DNA of 63,628 bases, filler included, from Octopus bimaculoides (GCF_001194135.2; 10 parts of 7 records of this genome joined end to end with filler, not necessarily neighbours in it), one strand, 5' to 3'. Counted from the whole stretch's first letter, positions 36,158 through 50,899 are shown. The notes: generated from the sequence alone by a model not told the origin. A program made the numbers and translations.

Positions 36158-36309
36158 TATGTCCGTCCGCTATTAAGGGCGTAGTGTATAACATGTGGGA
36201 AAACATGTGGCTTCTGTGGCAATGAAGTTGGTCGATGACGTACCGGATCCTCTATTGACACGTGACAGGAGTAGCGATGATTGTGGGTAATATTTATGTG
36301 CGGGTGGGT

Positions 36310-36520
36310 GGCGAGCTGGCAGAGACGTTAACGTGCCCGGAAAAATGCTCAGCGGCATTTCGTCCGTCTTTACGTTCTGAGTTCGAATTCCGCCGAAGTC
36401 GACTTTGCCTTTCATCCCTTCAGGTTCGATAAAATAAGTACCAGTCGAGCACAGGGGTCGATGTAATCGATTTAGCCCCTCCTCCGTAATTGCTGGCCTT
36501 GTGCCAAAATTTGAGGCCGA
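36310..36520 (+). mobile_element. SINE family B
   Basis: ggcgagctggcaga...gttcgaattccgccgaagtcgactttgcctttcatcc...ggccttgtgccaaaatttga. Confidence 0.85.
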
Positions 36521-36927
36521 TATTAACAATGCGGGTAACGGTGATAACAATGGTCTCGGTGTTGGTGGTAGTGGTGACGGTGGTGGTCATGATGATAGTG
36601 GTAGCAGTTTGGTGTTAGTTTGGTGGTAAGTAATATTTACTGTACAGGAAGTAGTAAAAATGATAGTATCGGTGGTAGTAGTCGTATAGCTGGTTGTGTT
36701 ATTCCCAGTATTGGAAATGATAGTGGCGTTGGTGGTAGTAGAAGCTGTAGTGATGGTGTTGCTGCTGGCGATGGTAACGCTAGTTGTGGTTGTAGTAGTA
36801 GAGGTAGTAGTGTTAGTGGTTGTTGTGATGATGATGTTAGTGGGTAATACTCACAATTTTGGTAACAATGGCGGCACTGGTAGTGGTGATGGTGCTGGTA
36901 GTAATTATGATATTGGTAGTAGAAGTA

Positions 36928-36981
<54 letters not shown>

Positions 36982-37353
36982 TTTGTGGTAGTGACAGTTT
37001 TGGTGGTAGTGTTGGTAATAGTATTGGTGGTGGCATTGATGGTGGTTGTTTGGTAATGAGAATAAAGATAAACGAATCGCTTGCGTAGGCGGTTGGGCAC
37101 GATATGTAAGTAATCGTATGTGTAGATATTTAAATGGTTGGCTATGATAATGAAACGGGTGGCTGCTATTACGGTTGCTATAGAAACAATAGCGAATGAT
37201 ATTGTATTTACAATGGTTCCACTCATTGATTCCTTGTTGATACAAATTGGAAAAGAATGAAGAAACAAAAACAGCGACATGTATAGACAAAAAGAAATCG
37301 ATCAAACACAATAGATTTGTTTATTATTGTAGTAATTGTTATCGTCATCATCA

Positions 37354-37393
<40 letters not shown>

Positions 37394-37507
37394 CATTATT
37401 ATCATTATTATTATTGAAGTTGCGAGCTGGCAGAATCTTTAGCACGCTGGACGAAATGCTTAGGCGGCATTTCATCCGTCGCTTACGTTCTGTGTTCAAA
37501 TTCCGCT

Positions 37508-37785
37508 AAGTGACGGGGGGCGTAAACACACCAGTATCGTTTGTCAAGCGATGTCGGGTGGGGGTGGGGGTGAGGGGACAAACACAGACACACAAATATA
37601 TACACACGCATACACACATATATACATATATACGACGGGCTTCTTTCAGTTTCCGTCTACCAAATCCACTCACAAGGCATTAGTGGGCCCGAGGCTATAG
37701 TAGAAGACACTTGCCCAAGGTGCCACGCAGTTGGAATGAACCCGGAACCGGCTGGTAAGCAAACTACTTACCACAGAGCCACTCG
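37508..37785 (-). mobile_element. SINE family A
   Basis: Same body as 19667-19983 in reverse complement. Confidence 0.8.
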
Positions 37786-37803
37786 TTGATGTTTCTTTCG
37801 TAT

Positions 37804-37804
<1 letters not shown>

Positions 37805-37871
<67 letters not shown>

Positions 37872-37894
37872 GTTGCTGTTGTTGTTGTTGTTGC

Positions 37895-37957
<63 letters not shown>

Positions 37958-37975
37958 TATTATTACTATTGTTAT
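37805..37975. repeat. (ATT)n/(GTT)n microsatellite
   Basis: Direct reading. Confidence 0.95.
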
Positions 37976-38596
37976 TCGGTAGTATTATATTATGGCGTAC
38001 TTATTCGGCATTACCGGAGCACAGCCCTTAAGGGGTTTGGATATGCCCATGAGGATGCATGGTCTAGCTCACAGCATGTGCCTGTAGATCGAAGAACAAC
38101 AGTTGAGTGAAGGATTGCGCGCATTATTATCATGACTCCTTGATTAGCGCTAGTTGGAGGTCTCTTGTGATGGAAGGACGGCATCATCATGTGTTCACAT
38201 ACAATGTATACATTTGATCGCATATCCCTCTCGTCTCCCTTTCTTCCCCTCATTTCTTTTTTATAGAAACCCTCACAAAAATTGAAAATTGTCTTTGTAA
38301 GGCCGCCCCACCAACGCATCTGATACCCCTGTAGTAAACAAAAGAAATAATTTTTTTGTTTATGTTTAGTGCACTACCGAGCGCAAGTCTATGGGGCCTG
38401 GACATGTGCAGTGTTTGGGTTTAGTTTAATATATCAATTGTATTGAAAGTAGTCTCTGTAATGCAAGATCCAGTGGTGCTAGTCCCTTCATGTTGTGCGT
38501 ATTTGTAAGTCTTGTATGTTTTGGTTAGTTATGTCTGTATGATATCTTTCAGGAATCATCTCCAAAGCACCTATTATTATTAATATAGGAGTTAAG

Positions 38597-38815
38597 GCGG
38601 CGAGCTGGCTGAAACGCTTACACGTCAGGCAAAATACTAAGCGGCATTTCGTCCGTCTTTACGTTCTGGGTTCAAATTCCACAGAGGGCGACTTTGCCTT
38701 TTTTTTAAAAATCTCTTCAGAGTCGATAAATAAAGTACGAATCAAATACTAGGGTCTATGGAATCAACTCCCCTCTCCCTATAATATTACTTGCCTTGGG
38801 TCAAAATTTGAAACA
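38597..38815 (+). mobile_element. SINE family B
   Basis: ggcggcgagctggc...ggttcaaattcc...gtcgataaat...caaaatttgaaac. Confidence 0.8.
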
Positions 38816-40199
38816 TTTATTGTGGTTGTTTCAGTTTTCAAGTCTCTCGTTCTTGTTATATGTAAATCTTTAAGACTGATGGAATGGTGATGGTGTTGGT
38901 GGTAGTACTGATGGTGGCTGTAGTAACGAGTGAAATAATGTTGGTAGTCGTAGTAGTGGTGGTAGTGGTGGTGCTGGTAATTGGTGAGATAGTGCTGGTG
39001 GTAGTATAGGTGGTGGTGGTGGTGATGGCGGAGTAATTGGTGAAATTAAGTTTGGTGATGGTAGTAGTAGTTGTAGTTGTAGTAGTAATAGTAATAGTAG
39101 CAGTAGTAATGGTGGTGGTTGTGGCAATTGACGAGGTAGCGTCGGTGTTAGTAGGAGTAACCGTGAAAATGGCGGTTTTGTCGTTAGTGGTTGTCTTCAT
39201 GGTGATGACGGATACGGTTGTGATGATGATATAGGTGGCGGCGGCGATACTGACAGTAAAGGTGATGCTACTGGTAACGATGGTAACGTTGGTGGTGATA
39301 GTGCTGACAGCGGTGATGATAAGGTAGTGATGGTGGAGGTGGTGAAGGAAGGCGGGATGCAGTGCCATGGCTTTTGTCCTTGTGCCTAAATTTGAAACGA
39401 TTATGGTGGTTGTTTCACTTTTCACTGCTCTCGTTCATGTTATATATAAATCTTTATATTTAGATACAATTAAACCTTGGGAGAGGCATTATGCCGGTAA
39501 TAAACACACGCACTGGTTCAGTCCTTTATTAAGTTATATAGTTTTTTGTTAAATTATTTCATTGCACTCTTGCAATCTCTTCAGTAACTTGTCTAGTAAC
39601 CTGTCTAGACACCCCGGTGACGCATCGTTGCGACAAATACAGGAGTCGGTCCTCATAACTGAAACGCAACCAATTTTAAAGACCAAATACACGTAGATGA
39701 GGGCCTTACAATTGCCCATGGTTGCATGTGTTGTTCACACATATGATGCGGAATATGAACGTAAATAAATTAATTAAAAAGTCTCTATCTGATCTGATGT
39801 AAACGAAATTGTTACAAACACACATATGGACGCACATACTTACATATAAGCACGAACACATAAGTGCGTTCGCACATATGAGCGNNNNNNNNNNNNNNNN
39901 NNNNNNNNNNNNNNNNNNNNNNNNNNNNNNNNNNNNNNNNNNNNNNNNNNNNNNNNNNNNNNNNNNNNNNNNNNNNNNNNNNNNNNNNNNNNNNNNNNNN
40001 NNNNNNNNNNNNNNNNNNNNNNNNNNNNNNNNNNNNNNNNNNNNNNCACACACTCACATGCTCATACCAAACAGTTTCGAAACAACGCCAAAACAACGCC
40101 AAAACAACGCCAGATCATATATTCAAAATAAATGGAAGTGGAGAGACAAGTTACTGAAGAGATTGCAAGAGTGCAATGAAATAATTTAACAAAAAACTA

Positions 40200-41590
40200 T
40201 ATAAATTAATAAAGGACTGAACCAGTGCGTGTGTTTATTACCGGCATAATGCCTCTCCCAAGGTTTAATTGTATTTCTTTCAACACACGTATCCACATCA
40301 AGAATCTTGCGCACGAAATACACATACGAAATTTATATTTAGATAATTTCTCAGTTTCTTTTAGAGCTACACCATCGTTTGTTGAGATTGATACTTCGAT
40401 TAGGAGAAACTTCCATTCTTGATTGATCTTGACGAAAATATCTGGCCGAGTGACCTTGATCTTGTCCATATCTGTTGCTATACCCCAGAGTATGAGAGAT
40501 CCATCCTTCCCCGAGAGCTTTTCTGGTGTATGTTTATACCACCGCTTTCCTTTTGAACTTCCATAATACTGGCATAATTTTCAGTGAATGCGAACCCAAC
40601 TCTGTCATGCTAGTAAGATGTAGCCTTGGGAAGCTAGTAACAATGTTGTTAATTGTTTCTTCACATCTCCACATATTCTGTAGTTATTTAACCTGCTTTG
40701 TTTCTTACTCCCGTCGCTTCTGATGAGAAAGTTTTGATTCTGCAATAATGACGCCTTCAATGTCGACTTCATGTCTTGCACTTCTCAGCCAACGCTACAA
40801 TTTTTCCTTATCTATTTCCATTCAGTTTACTATTTTGTTCGTGACAAAAAAAAAAAGCCTCATTTTAAGACTAATTTTTCACTATTTTTCACAAAGTGTC
40901 TATTACTGATTCACATTCTTCTTAACTATCTGTTATTTCAGCCTCTGTTTTGTACCCGTTGACTACTCGAAGAGAGAAAATATCCAGTTTTGTTGTTTTG
41001 TAGTCTTACAGTAAATATTTTATAATAGATTTCTAGCTGCATAATTTCCTGTATTCGTTGTAAATATGATTAATGATTTTGGATGACAAATCTAAATCCC
41101 GTCATTATTCTCTGATTAGTCTCGCGAATTCATTTATAGTCCGGTAGAGAATATTATAACTATAACTAGACAGCAACAGTGTTAGTACACCTTACCTTAT
41201 GTTTTCCGTTTTTTTTTTCTTTTTTAGCTCTGTATTATGTATTACTGTAATGTACCATAAAATTCCTTCCTAATCTTTTTTTTCATTTCTGTGCATTATA
41301 ATCTGTCTAGTCCATTGATTCCTAAGTATTCGCAAGCCTGTGTTTGGTGTAATTCTCTCATCTTTTCATTATCTAACATTGATGTTAGCGTTCTTAATGT
41401 TCGATTCTTCGTTGTTGCTTTGGATGTATTCACTGTGTCTATTTATTATTACTACGATATTCATGGCTAATATTTCGACTATCCAACGAACACTATCAAA
41501 AGCCTTCAGGGAATTAATCAATGTTATTTTCAGACCTTTCTCTACTCCAGTACCCCACCAATTTATAGATTTGCTGGTCAATAATTAATA
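40200..41590 (-). mobile_element. R4/Dong-type non-LTR retrotransposon, internally deleted and degenerate (RT remnants, CCHC, restriction-like endonuclease)
   Basis: KAFDSVRWIVEIL and QACEYLGIN (RT); WLRSARHEVDIEGVII; a decayed zinc knuckle; WYKHTPEK...RPDIFVK...LIEVSISTNDGVALKETEKLSKYK (PD-(D/E)xK RLE). Confidence 0.8.
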
Positions 41591-41694
41591 TCTACAACTA
41601 CATTAGCTTTCGTTACATCTGCCGGAGCCTCGTGGAGCTTTACGTGTTTTCGCTCAAGAAGCATTTCGCCCGGCATCCTAATGTTTCTTATTTC

Positions 41695-41925
41695 TTTATT
41701 GCCCACAAGGGGCTAGACACATAGAGGGGACAAACAAGGACAGACAAAGGGATTAAGCCGATTACATCGACCCCAGTGCGTAACTCGTACTTAATTTATC
41801 GACCCCGAAAGGATGAAAGGCAAAATCAACCTCGGTGGAATTTGAACTCAGAAAGTAAAGACTGACGAAATACCGCTAAGCATTTCGCCCGGCGTGCTAA
41901 CATTTCTGCCGGCTCACCGCCTTCC
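41695..41925 (-). mobile_element. SINE family B
   Basis: Reverse-complement near-consensus copy. Confidence 0.85.
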
Positions 41926-42612
41926 TGCAACTTCTAATATTGCTGGTATTGTGCCATAATTTGAAACCATTATTAAAGTAAATAGTAAAAAAATTATTAG
42001 CATATCGGAAAAAAGATGTTTAGCAGTATTTCTGGTAGTAGTTCTGAGTTCAAATTCCACCGAGGCCAACTTTGTTTCTCATCCTTTCGAGGGGTCGGTG
42101 AAGTAAAGTACCAGCTGAGCACTGGGAGTCGATGGAGTAAAGTACTAGTTGAACAATGTGGTCGATGTGATCGACCTACGCTGTACCCCTAAAATCACTT
42201 CACTGCTCTGTTGCTCCACATTTTGGAAAGCGTTATTTAAAAACCGTTTTCAAAATAAATGATTATTATAATTATCAATGTTATCATCATCATTAACAAC
42301 ATCATCATCAGCAGCAGCAGTGGCATCATCACCATCATCGCCATCATATTCATCATCAGCAGCAACAACAGTTACTGCAGCAGCAGTAACTACAATAGCA
42401 GCAACAACAACAAAACTGTCATCATTATTCTTGAATACAAAAAAAAAAAAAAATCGTTCTTAATTATAATCATAAACAATAGACTAATCAGACGGTTTGA
42501 GAGTGAATAGGAAATTCAGACCAGTTCAACTCTTCGCTTGATATTTATAATTGTACGTATGTAAGTGTATGTTTGTGTGTGCGCGTGCGAGCATGTTTGT
42601 GTNNNNNNNNNN

Positions 42613-42667
<55 letters not shown>

Positions 42668-44319
42668 CAAAAAGCGAGCGCTTATATGTCTTTGCATGAA
42701 TGGAGTATAAAATTCCATTTATTGTCTAATTAGAATTTATCAGTTATTTCCTATACATATCTTATACATATATCCTTTCACTTCTCACACTTGATATATA
42801 TGATATTTGATATTATTTGTTATCTGTTTGATATATTATATCATGTCACATTACATGCACAGTCCGATATATATCCCATATACAAACGTTAAGACATTGT
42901 ATATGTATCTGACTCGGTCTAGTAAGTTAATGGCTAAATTTTCTCAGATTTGAAGATATATACATATATACATATATTATTCTGAAGCAAGAATTTTATT
43001 GATAGTAGCTTCGAACTTTCATGTTTAAGAAAAATGAATTTATACTCTACAAAAGTATAGTGAATATATATCAGATTAATGTAAAATTGCTTTTATTAAT
43101 AACTCATCATTAAAAGAAACACACATATATATATATATATANNNNNNNNNNNNNNNNNNNNNNNNNNNNNNNNNNNNNNNNNNNNNNNNNNNNNNNNNNN
43201 NNNNNNNNNNNNNNNNNNNNNNNNNNNNNNNNNNNNNNNNNNNNNNNNNNNNNNNNNNNNNNNNNNNNNNNNNNNNNNNNNNNNNNNNNNNNNNNNNNNN
43301 NNNNNNNNNNNNNNNNNNNNNNNNNNNNNNNNNNNNNNNNNNNNNNNNNNNNNNNNNNNNNNNNNNNNNNNNNNNNNNNNNNNNNNNNNNNNNNNNNNNN
43401 NNNNNNNNNNNNNNNNNNNNNNNNNNNNNNNNNNNNNNNNNNNNNNNNNNNNNNNNNNNNNNNNNNNNNNNNNNNNNNNNNNNNNNNNNNNNNNNNNNNN
43501 NNNNNNNNNNNNNNNNNNNNNNNNNNNNNNNNNNNNNNNNNNNNNNNNNNNNNNNNNNNNNNNNNNNNNNNNNNNNNNNNNNNNNNNNNNNNNNNNNNNN
43601 NNNNNNNNNNNNNNNNNNNNNNNNNNNNNNNNNNNNNNNNNNNNNNNNNNNNNNNNNNNNNNNNNNNNNNNNNNNNNNNNNNNNNNNNNNNNNNNNNNNN
43701 NNNNNNNNNNNNNNNNNNNNNNNNNNNNNNNNNNNNNNNNNNNNNNNNNNNNNNNNNNNNNNNNNNNNNNNNNNNNNNNNNNNNNNNNNNNNNNNNNNNN
43801 NNNNNNNNNNNNNNNNNNNNNNNNNNNNNNNNNNNNNNNNNNNNNNNNNNNNNNNNNNNNNNNNNNNNNNNNNNNNNNNNNNNNNNNNNNNNNNNNNNNN
43901 NNNNNNNNNNNNNNNNNNNNNNNNNNNNNNNNNNNNNNNNNNNNNNNNNNNNNNNNNNNNNNNNNNNNNNNNNNNNNNNNNNNNNNNNNNNNNNNNNNNN
44001 NNNNNNNNNNNNNNNNNNNNNNNNNNNNNNNNNNNNNNNNNNNNNNNNNNNNNNNNNNNNNNNNNNNNNNNNNNNNNNNNNNNNNNNNNNNNATATATAT
44101 ATATATATATATATACATGTATATGTATATATATATGAATATATATGTTTATGTGTATATATATGTACATGTGTGCGTGCGCGCGCGCGCGCGCGCGCGT
44201 GTGTGTGTGTATGAACAGATGCTTTTCCTCTGGTTATCTGAGTACTTGAGTACTTGAGAACTGAAGAAATTGACAAAATTGAGACGTCTCTTCTTTGTAC
44301 AACCCGCATACTGCTACTG

Positions 44320-44372
<53 letters not shown>

Positions 44373-44374
44373 GT

Positions 44375-44414
<40 letters not shown>

Positions 44415-44573
44415 CCACACCAGTGTAAGCGCGCCATATATGGCAAACGTATTTATAACCATAGAATCTCAGACGAGGAATGCATCTACTATCAAATATT
44501 ATCGCCTCGGAACAACAAAACAACAACATCAGCAACATTAACAACATCAACAGCACCAACAATAACAATAATG

Positions 44574-44606
<33 letters not shown>

Positions 44607-44616
44607 NNNNNNNNNN

Positions 44617-44652
<36 letters not shown>

Positions 44653-44979
44653 ATATCACATATATTAAAAGTATATACTGTGAGCAAGAGCGAATGGCTG
44701 CTATCTCTAGCCGGCGGTTGTTCTGTACCGACGAATGGAAATTATCCAGAAATCATTGGTCTACAGGTATCGTTACGGCAAGAAAGGGAGCAGTTGACTC
44801 CCTTGCACACAGTATACGGACACGGATCAAGTGTCGGTAGTCAGCTGGAAAAGATGTTTTCCTGGGGCTATAAAGTCCTGTATAGGACTGCCACATTGTG
44901 TTGGCAAATAGACATTACGGCACGGTACTCTTACTACATATTTCTCGCTCAGATATTTTAAGCCACTTGTTTTTCTCTT

Positions 44980-45039
<60 letters not shown>

Positions 45040-45931
45040 NNNNNNNNNNNNNNNNNNNNNNNNNNNNNNNNNNNNNNNNNNNNNNNNNNNNNNNNNNNNN
45101 NNNNNNNNNNNNNNNNNNNNNNNNNNNNNNNNNNNNNNNNNNNNNNNNNNNNNNNNNNNNNNNNNNNNNNNNNNNNNNNNNNNNNNNNNNNNNNNNNNNN
45201 NNNNNNNNNNNNNNNNNNNNNNNNNNNNNNNNNNNNNNNNNNNNNNNNNNNNNNNNNNNNNNNNNNNNNNNNNNNNNNNNNNNNNNNNNNNNNNNNNNNN
45301 NNNNNNNNNNNNNNNNNNNNNNNNNNNNNNNNNNNNNNNNNNNNNNNNNNNNNNNNNNNNNNNNNNNNNNNNNNNNNNNNNNNNNNNNNNNNNNNNNNNN
45401 NNNNNNNNNNNNNNNNNNNNNNNNNNNNNNNNNNNNNNNNNNNNNNNNNNNNNNNNNNNNNNNNNNNNNNNNNNNNNNNNNNNNNNNNNNNNNNNNNNNN
45501 NNNNNNNNNNNNNNNNNNNNNNNNNNNNNNNNNNNNNNNNNNNNNNNNNNNNNNNNNNNNNNNNNNNNNNNNNNNNNNNNNNNNNNNNNNNNNNNNNNNN
45601 NNNNNNNNNNNNNNNNNNNNNNNNNNNNNNNNNNNNNNNNNNNNNNNNNNNNNNNNNNNNNNNNNNNNNNNNNNNNNNNNNNNNNNNNNNNNNNNNNNNN
45701 NNNNNNNNNNNNNNNNNNNNNNNNNNNNNNNNNNNNNNNNNNNNNNNNNNNNNNNNNNNNNNNNNNNNNNNNNNNNNNNNNNNNNNNNNNNNNNNNNNNN
45801 NNNNNNNNNNNNNNNNNNNNNNNNNNNNNNNNNNNNNNNNNNNNNNNNNNNNNNNNNTATCGCCTCGGAACAACAAAACAACAACATCAGCAACATTAAC
45901 AACATCAACAGCACCAACAATAACAATAATG

Positions 45932-45977
<46 letters not shown>

Positions 45978-46064
45978 TGAGGATGATGATGATGATGATA
46001 ATAGACGTAGCGGTAGTAATAATAATAGTAGAAATGGTAATAGGAATAATAATAATAATAATGA

Positions 46065-46122
<58 letters not shown>

Positions 46123-47234
46123 TGTAGTAGTATGAGAAAAACTATCAAAAATCTGAGCGAAATTGTGTAAGTGATTGAGAATATGAAATATCTCCCTTAC
46201 CCATTCATTGAAAAGTTATTTCTGTTTAAACTGAAATTATATTTTACAGAATTAGGATTTCTGCTTTAATAAAACAACAACAACAACAACAACAAAAATA
46301 ACTGCAACAACAATAACAACGAGAACGAAACAAAAAAGATCAATAAATGCCACGAGGGCAACAACAAGTGCAAGCATATATTAAGTTCCACAATATGAAC
46401 AAGAACAACAGCAGCACCAACAACAACAATAGCAATAACAACAACAACAACAGAAATAATCAATAGCTACAAAAACAACAACAACAAGTGTAGCAATCAA
46501 TAAAGACAGCAACAATAATAATCCAAGTCAGCAACGTTAACAACAACATTATTAACAAGAAAATCGTCGTAGAAAAATTATCAATAAAGAAAAAAAAAAG
46601 AAAAAACAATAAACAAAACTGAAACAACAATTATAACGCCAGGCGTCGTGAGCAGCAACAAGAACGATAACTGCAGCCACCATCCTCCACGGCGGCATCA
46701 ACAACGTTATCGACAACAACAATAGGAAAAGTAATCAAACAAGTAAGAGAACAACGTTAGCAATAACAAAATAAGAACTAGAATTCTAACAACATGAACA
46801 ACCACCACCACCACCACCACAACAACAACAACTACAACTACAACTACAACGGCTACGAAAGCAACAATGGTAAAGAAATGATTCTAAACTCTCTCTCTCA
46901 GAAAAATGAAAAAAAAAACCAAGCAACTCTACTAACTTCAATGGAAGTGGATTCCATTTTGGATGTTTCGCTTGGTTTAATATGAGTCAGAGATTTTAGT
47001 TTGGTCTGTAGTAAGTCTAAACTCCTCCAGATACATACATACATACATATGAACATGCATATANNNNNNNNNNNNNNNNNNNNNNNNNNNNNNNNNNNNN
47101 NNNNNNNNNNNNNNNNNNNNNNNNNNNNNNNNNNNNNNNNNNNNNNNNNNNNNNNNNNNNNNNNNNNNNNNNNNNNNNNNNNNNNNNNNNNNNNNNNNNN
47201 NNNNNNNNNNNNNNNNNNNNNNNNNNNNNNNNNN

Positions 47235-47288
<54 letters not shown>

Positions 47289-47783
47289 CTATGTACATGC
47301 ACACATATATACACAGACTCACACCAACCCGCCCACACCCAAAGCCATGGATATAAATATGATGTACAAATACGATTCAGATGGATATATATGTCTATAT
47401 ATGTATCTGTATATCTATTATTCATAACATATATGTGTGTTCGTGTTGCGTTGTATATCGAAACATACATAGCTATATGTAAATGTATATATGTATAGGT
47501 ATACACACAAACAAAACACACACGCTCATATATATCCAATCCACACACGTATTCATATATATATATATATATATATATACACGCACACATATTTATACAC
47601 ATGAATATATGTATATATATATGTGCATATATACATGTGCATATATATACGTGTATATATATATATATATATATCTCACACCCTCACATAATCCACTTTT
47701 CTCATTTTTACTTTTTCCTGCCCTCTATCTTTCTTTCTTTCTTTGTATCTTTCTCTCTTTTTTCTTTCTTTCTTTCTTCCTTC

Positions 47784-47818
<35 letters not shown>

Positions 47819-48144
47819 TTCTCCCCACCTCTCTCTCCTAATTCTTTCGCTTTGCTTCCTTTAGTATTTCCTCTCTATGTATTCGTCGTTCTTTCAAGCT
47901 CTCTCTTCTCTACGCTACCTAAATCGCCAACTTTTGCCCGATCTATGAGACTTTTCAATGTGTGTGTGTGTGTGTCTCTCTCTCTCTCTCTCTCTCTCTC
48001 TACAACGCTTTCTTTCTCTTTCAGCTCGTCTAATTATCTATGTGTCTATCGGTCTCTCTCTCTCTCTCTTTCACTATTTATCTCTCCATTTACCACCAAT
48101 CTCTTCGTCTCTCTAGACAATGGTCGCTACTTGTTTATTTCATC

Positions 48145-48270
48145 AATCCCAAAAGGATGAAATGCAAAGTCGACCTCAGCGGAATTTGAACTCAGAATGT
48201 AAAGACGGAATGAAATGACGCTGAGCATTTTGTTGGGTGTGCTAACAACTCTACCGGCGCGGCGCCTTAT
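48145..48270 (-). mobile_element. SINE family B, 5' half
   Basis: aaaggatgaaatgcaaagtcgacctcagcggaatttgaactcagaa. Confidence 0.75.
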
Positions 48271-48528
48271 GGGACATTAAATAATGTAGTATTAGATAGA
48301 TCACAAAAAAANNNNNNNNNNNNNNNNNNNNNNNNNNNNNNNNNNNNNNNNNNNNTTAATTAATTAANNNNNNNNNNNNNNNNNNNNNNNNNNNNNNNNN
48401 NNNNNNNNNNNCCCGCGATCCCTTTTGATCCAAATTATCCCCCCCCAAAAGCTCTACTTTGTAATTTGTCCATTTTCTGTATTTAGCCCTGTGTGGCTAT
48501 AATAAAAAGATATCTATCTATCTATCTA

Positions 48529-48561
<33 letters not shown>

Positions 48562-48629
48562 TGATAGATAGATAGATAGATAAGCAGACAGACAGCATGA
48601 CAGACAGACAGGCAGACAGACAGACAGAC

Positions 48630-48674
<45 letters not shown>

Positions 48675-48885
48675 TTGACGAAAGAAAAGGATTAAAGTGA
48701 GAGAACACGTTTATTAAACTGTCATTAAACTGGGGCACCACAAGGATTAAATTTAGTCGAAAGAATCGACTCAGGTATTCTTTTTTAAAAATCTGCTACT
48801 TGTTCTTTCGGTTACTTTCGCTAAACTGTTAAGATACGGGGACGCAAGCACACAAACACCAGTTGTCAAGCGGTGGTGAGGGACA

Positions 48886-48945
<60 letters not shown>

Positions 48946-49013
48946 TACACACACACACATACACACTCACACACNNNNNNNNNNNNNNNNNNNNNNNNNN
49001 NNNNNNNNNNNNN

Positions 49014-49068
<55 letters not shown>

Positions 49069-50442
49069 GAAGGGACTAAAATCATCCCATGAATGCTTTT
49101 TAAAATTGTAAATTATTTTCGCCCTATTAAAATTGTTTAGCTCTGTAAAACGCTAAAGTTAGCGTAATTTATTTGCCTCGGGTTATAAAATGCTGAAGAT
49201 TTAAAAAAAGAATGAAATACTGCTATATATATGGCTACCAACGATTAGAAATTTAAGAAACTTTATAATGTGTACGAAAAAGAAATACTAAATGCGTATT
49301 TTCCGTACATCTTCTTTACTTTTTGATTAAAACTCAAACTTCCAACCCCGTTTTAATTTAATCGAAAAACGATTATCTCCTCTATGATTAGCTGACTACC
49401 AGGTGCACAAAACAGGTAATACCACCGCTTTCATGAAAAACTTTCATATACAGGTAGTACCGAACGTATTCATAAAAGGAATACAACATGTGATCAGGAA
49501 TGCATTCAGGAATAATAGGGATACAATATAGCAGTAGAGCACGTAGTGTCTCTCTCTCCCTCTCTCTTTCTTTCTTTCTTTCTTTCTCTCTCTCTCTCTG
49601 TCTCTCTCTCCCACACACGCGCATACACACACAAAAGCAAAGAAACAAAAAACTCAGTTGACTTCACATTCACGTTGTCAGGTATCAGTGATCTTATTAC
49701 TTCCGACCCGAGAATGAAACTGAGAAAATGAAAGGAGTGGGGAAATGATGTCGAATGGGACGAAGTGTACTACTGTACGAATGAATTTAATAGTAAAATC
49801 GACTTTTGTTGAACTGGCACTCGTACAAAGATGAAAGGCAAGACAAGAAGTGGATAATGTTGGCTGGAATATTTATAACAATGGAAAGCAAAATGGGAGA
49901 GGGAGAGGAAAAAAAATTTAAAGAATCGAATTGGTAGGCTATAAATAACGAAAGATACAAAGAATGAAGGTTGGAAATATTGGGAATAATGGCGCAGCGT
50001 ATTAAAGCTATCACGCGAAACATATTGCGTATTACTCTAAAATATACGTTTTATACATATGCATGAATTACGACTTGAGTTTTATCAAAATTTACTCAAA
50101 TTTCTATCATCTTTACAGGAGATATGAGTTTGAGTCCCACGGGCGACCTTTTGAGAATTTTCTATCCAGACGGATTTTAAACCGATATTTACACGCTTTT
50201 ATTTGTGGCTCATATACTTCAAGATCCAACGTTCCAAAACAGTATTATTACATTTTAAATCGAAGTTTATACATTCTTATGGTGTCAACAACATACAATT
50301 CTTTGCTGGTAAAGTTTCTAAAATAGATAGACAAATTCGATGGATTGCTTTGGTCCAGTAGTAGAACGACTGTAAAGATTACAGATGTAAGTCCAAGTCC
50401 CGCGCGAAGCCTTCGAATTTTTCTATCCAAGGCCATTTTAAC

Positions 50443-50490
<48 letters not shown>

Positions 50491-50899
50491 GTATGTATGC
50501 ATGTGTGTATGCATGTATGTGTGCAATATATATATATATATATATATATGAATATGTACAGATATATGTGTATATGCTTACGTGTGTACACACATACACG
50601 CATGAAAGTGTCATTAGGCTTAGTTTGACTTCGCACGCTTTGCCACCAGTCATAGAAGACAACGAAAATATTGTTACAACTGATAAAGTCATTTAAAGCC
50701 AGACTTAAAATTGTTAAACATTGAACTTCTATTTGCGTCAGTAGCTTATTTCACGTATGCTGTATCTGTGTATTGATTTTAGTTTCCTGTTTTGTTAGCA
50801 ATAAAACTCCTATAGTTAATATTCTAGCTTTTGTTTAATGGTATACCCCATGGAATGGTAGTATTATTAACTAATATTTTCCTATCTAGTTTTGTTTCG

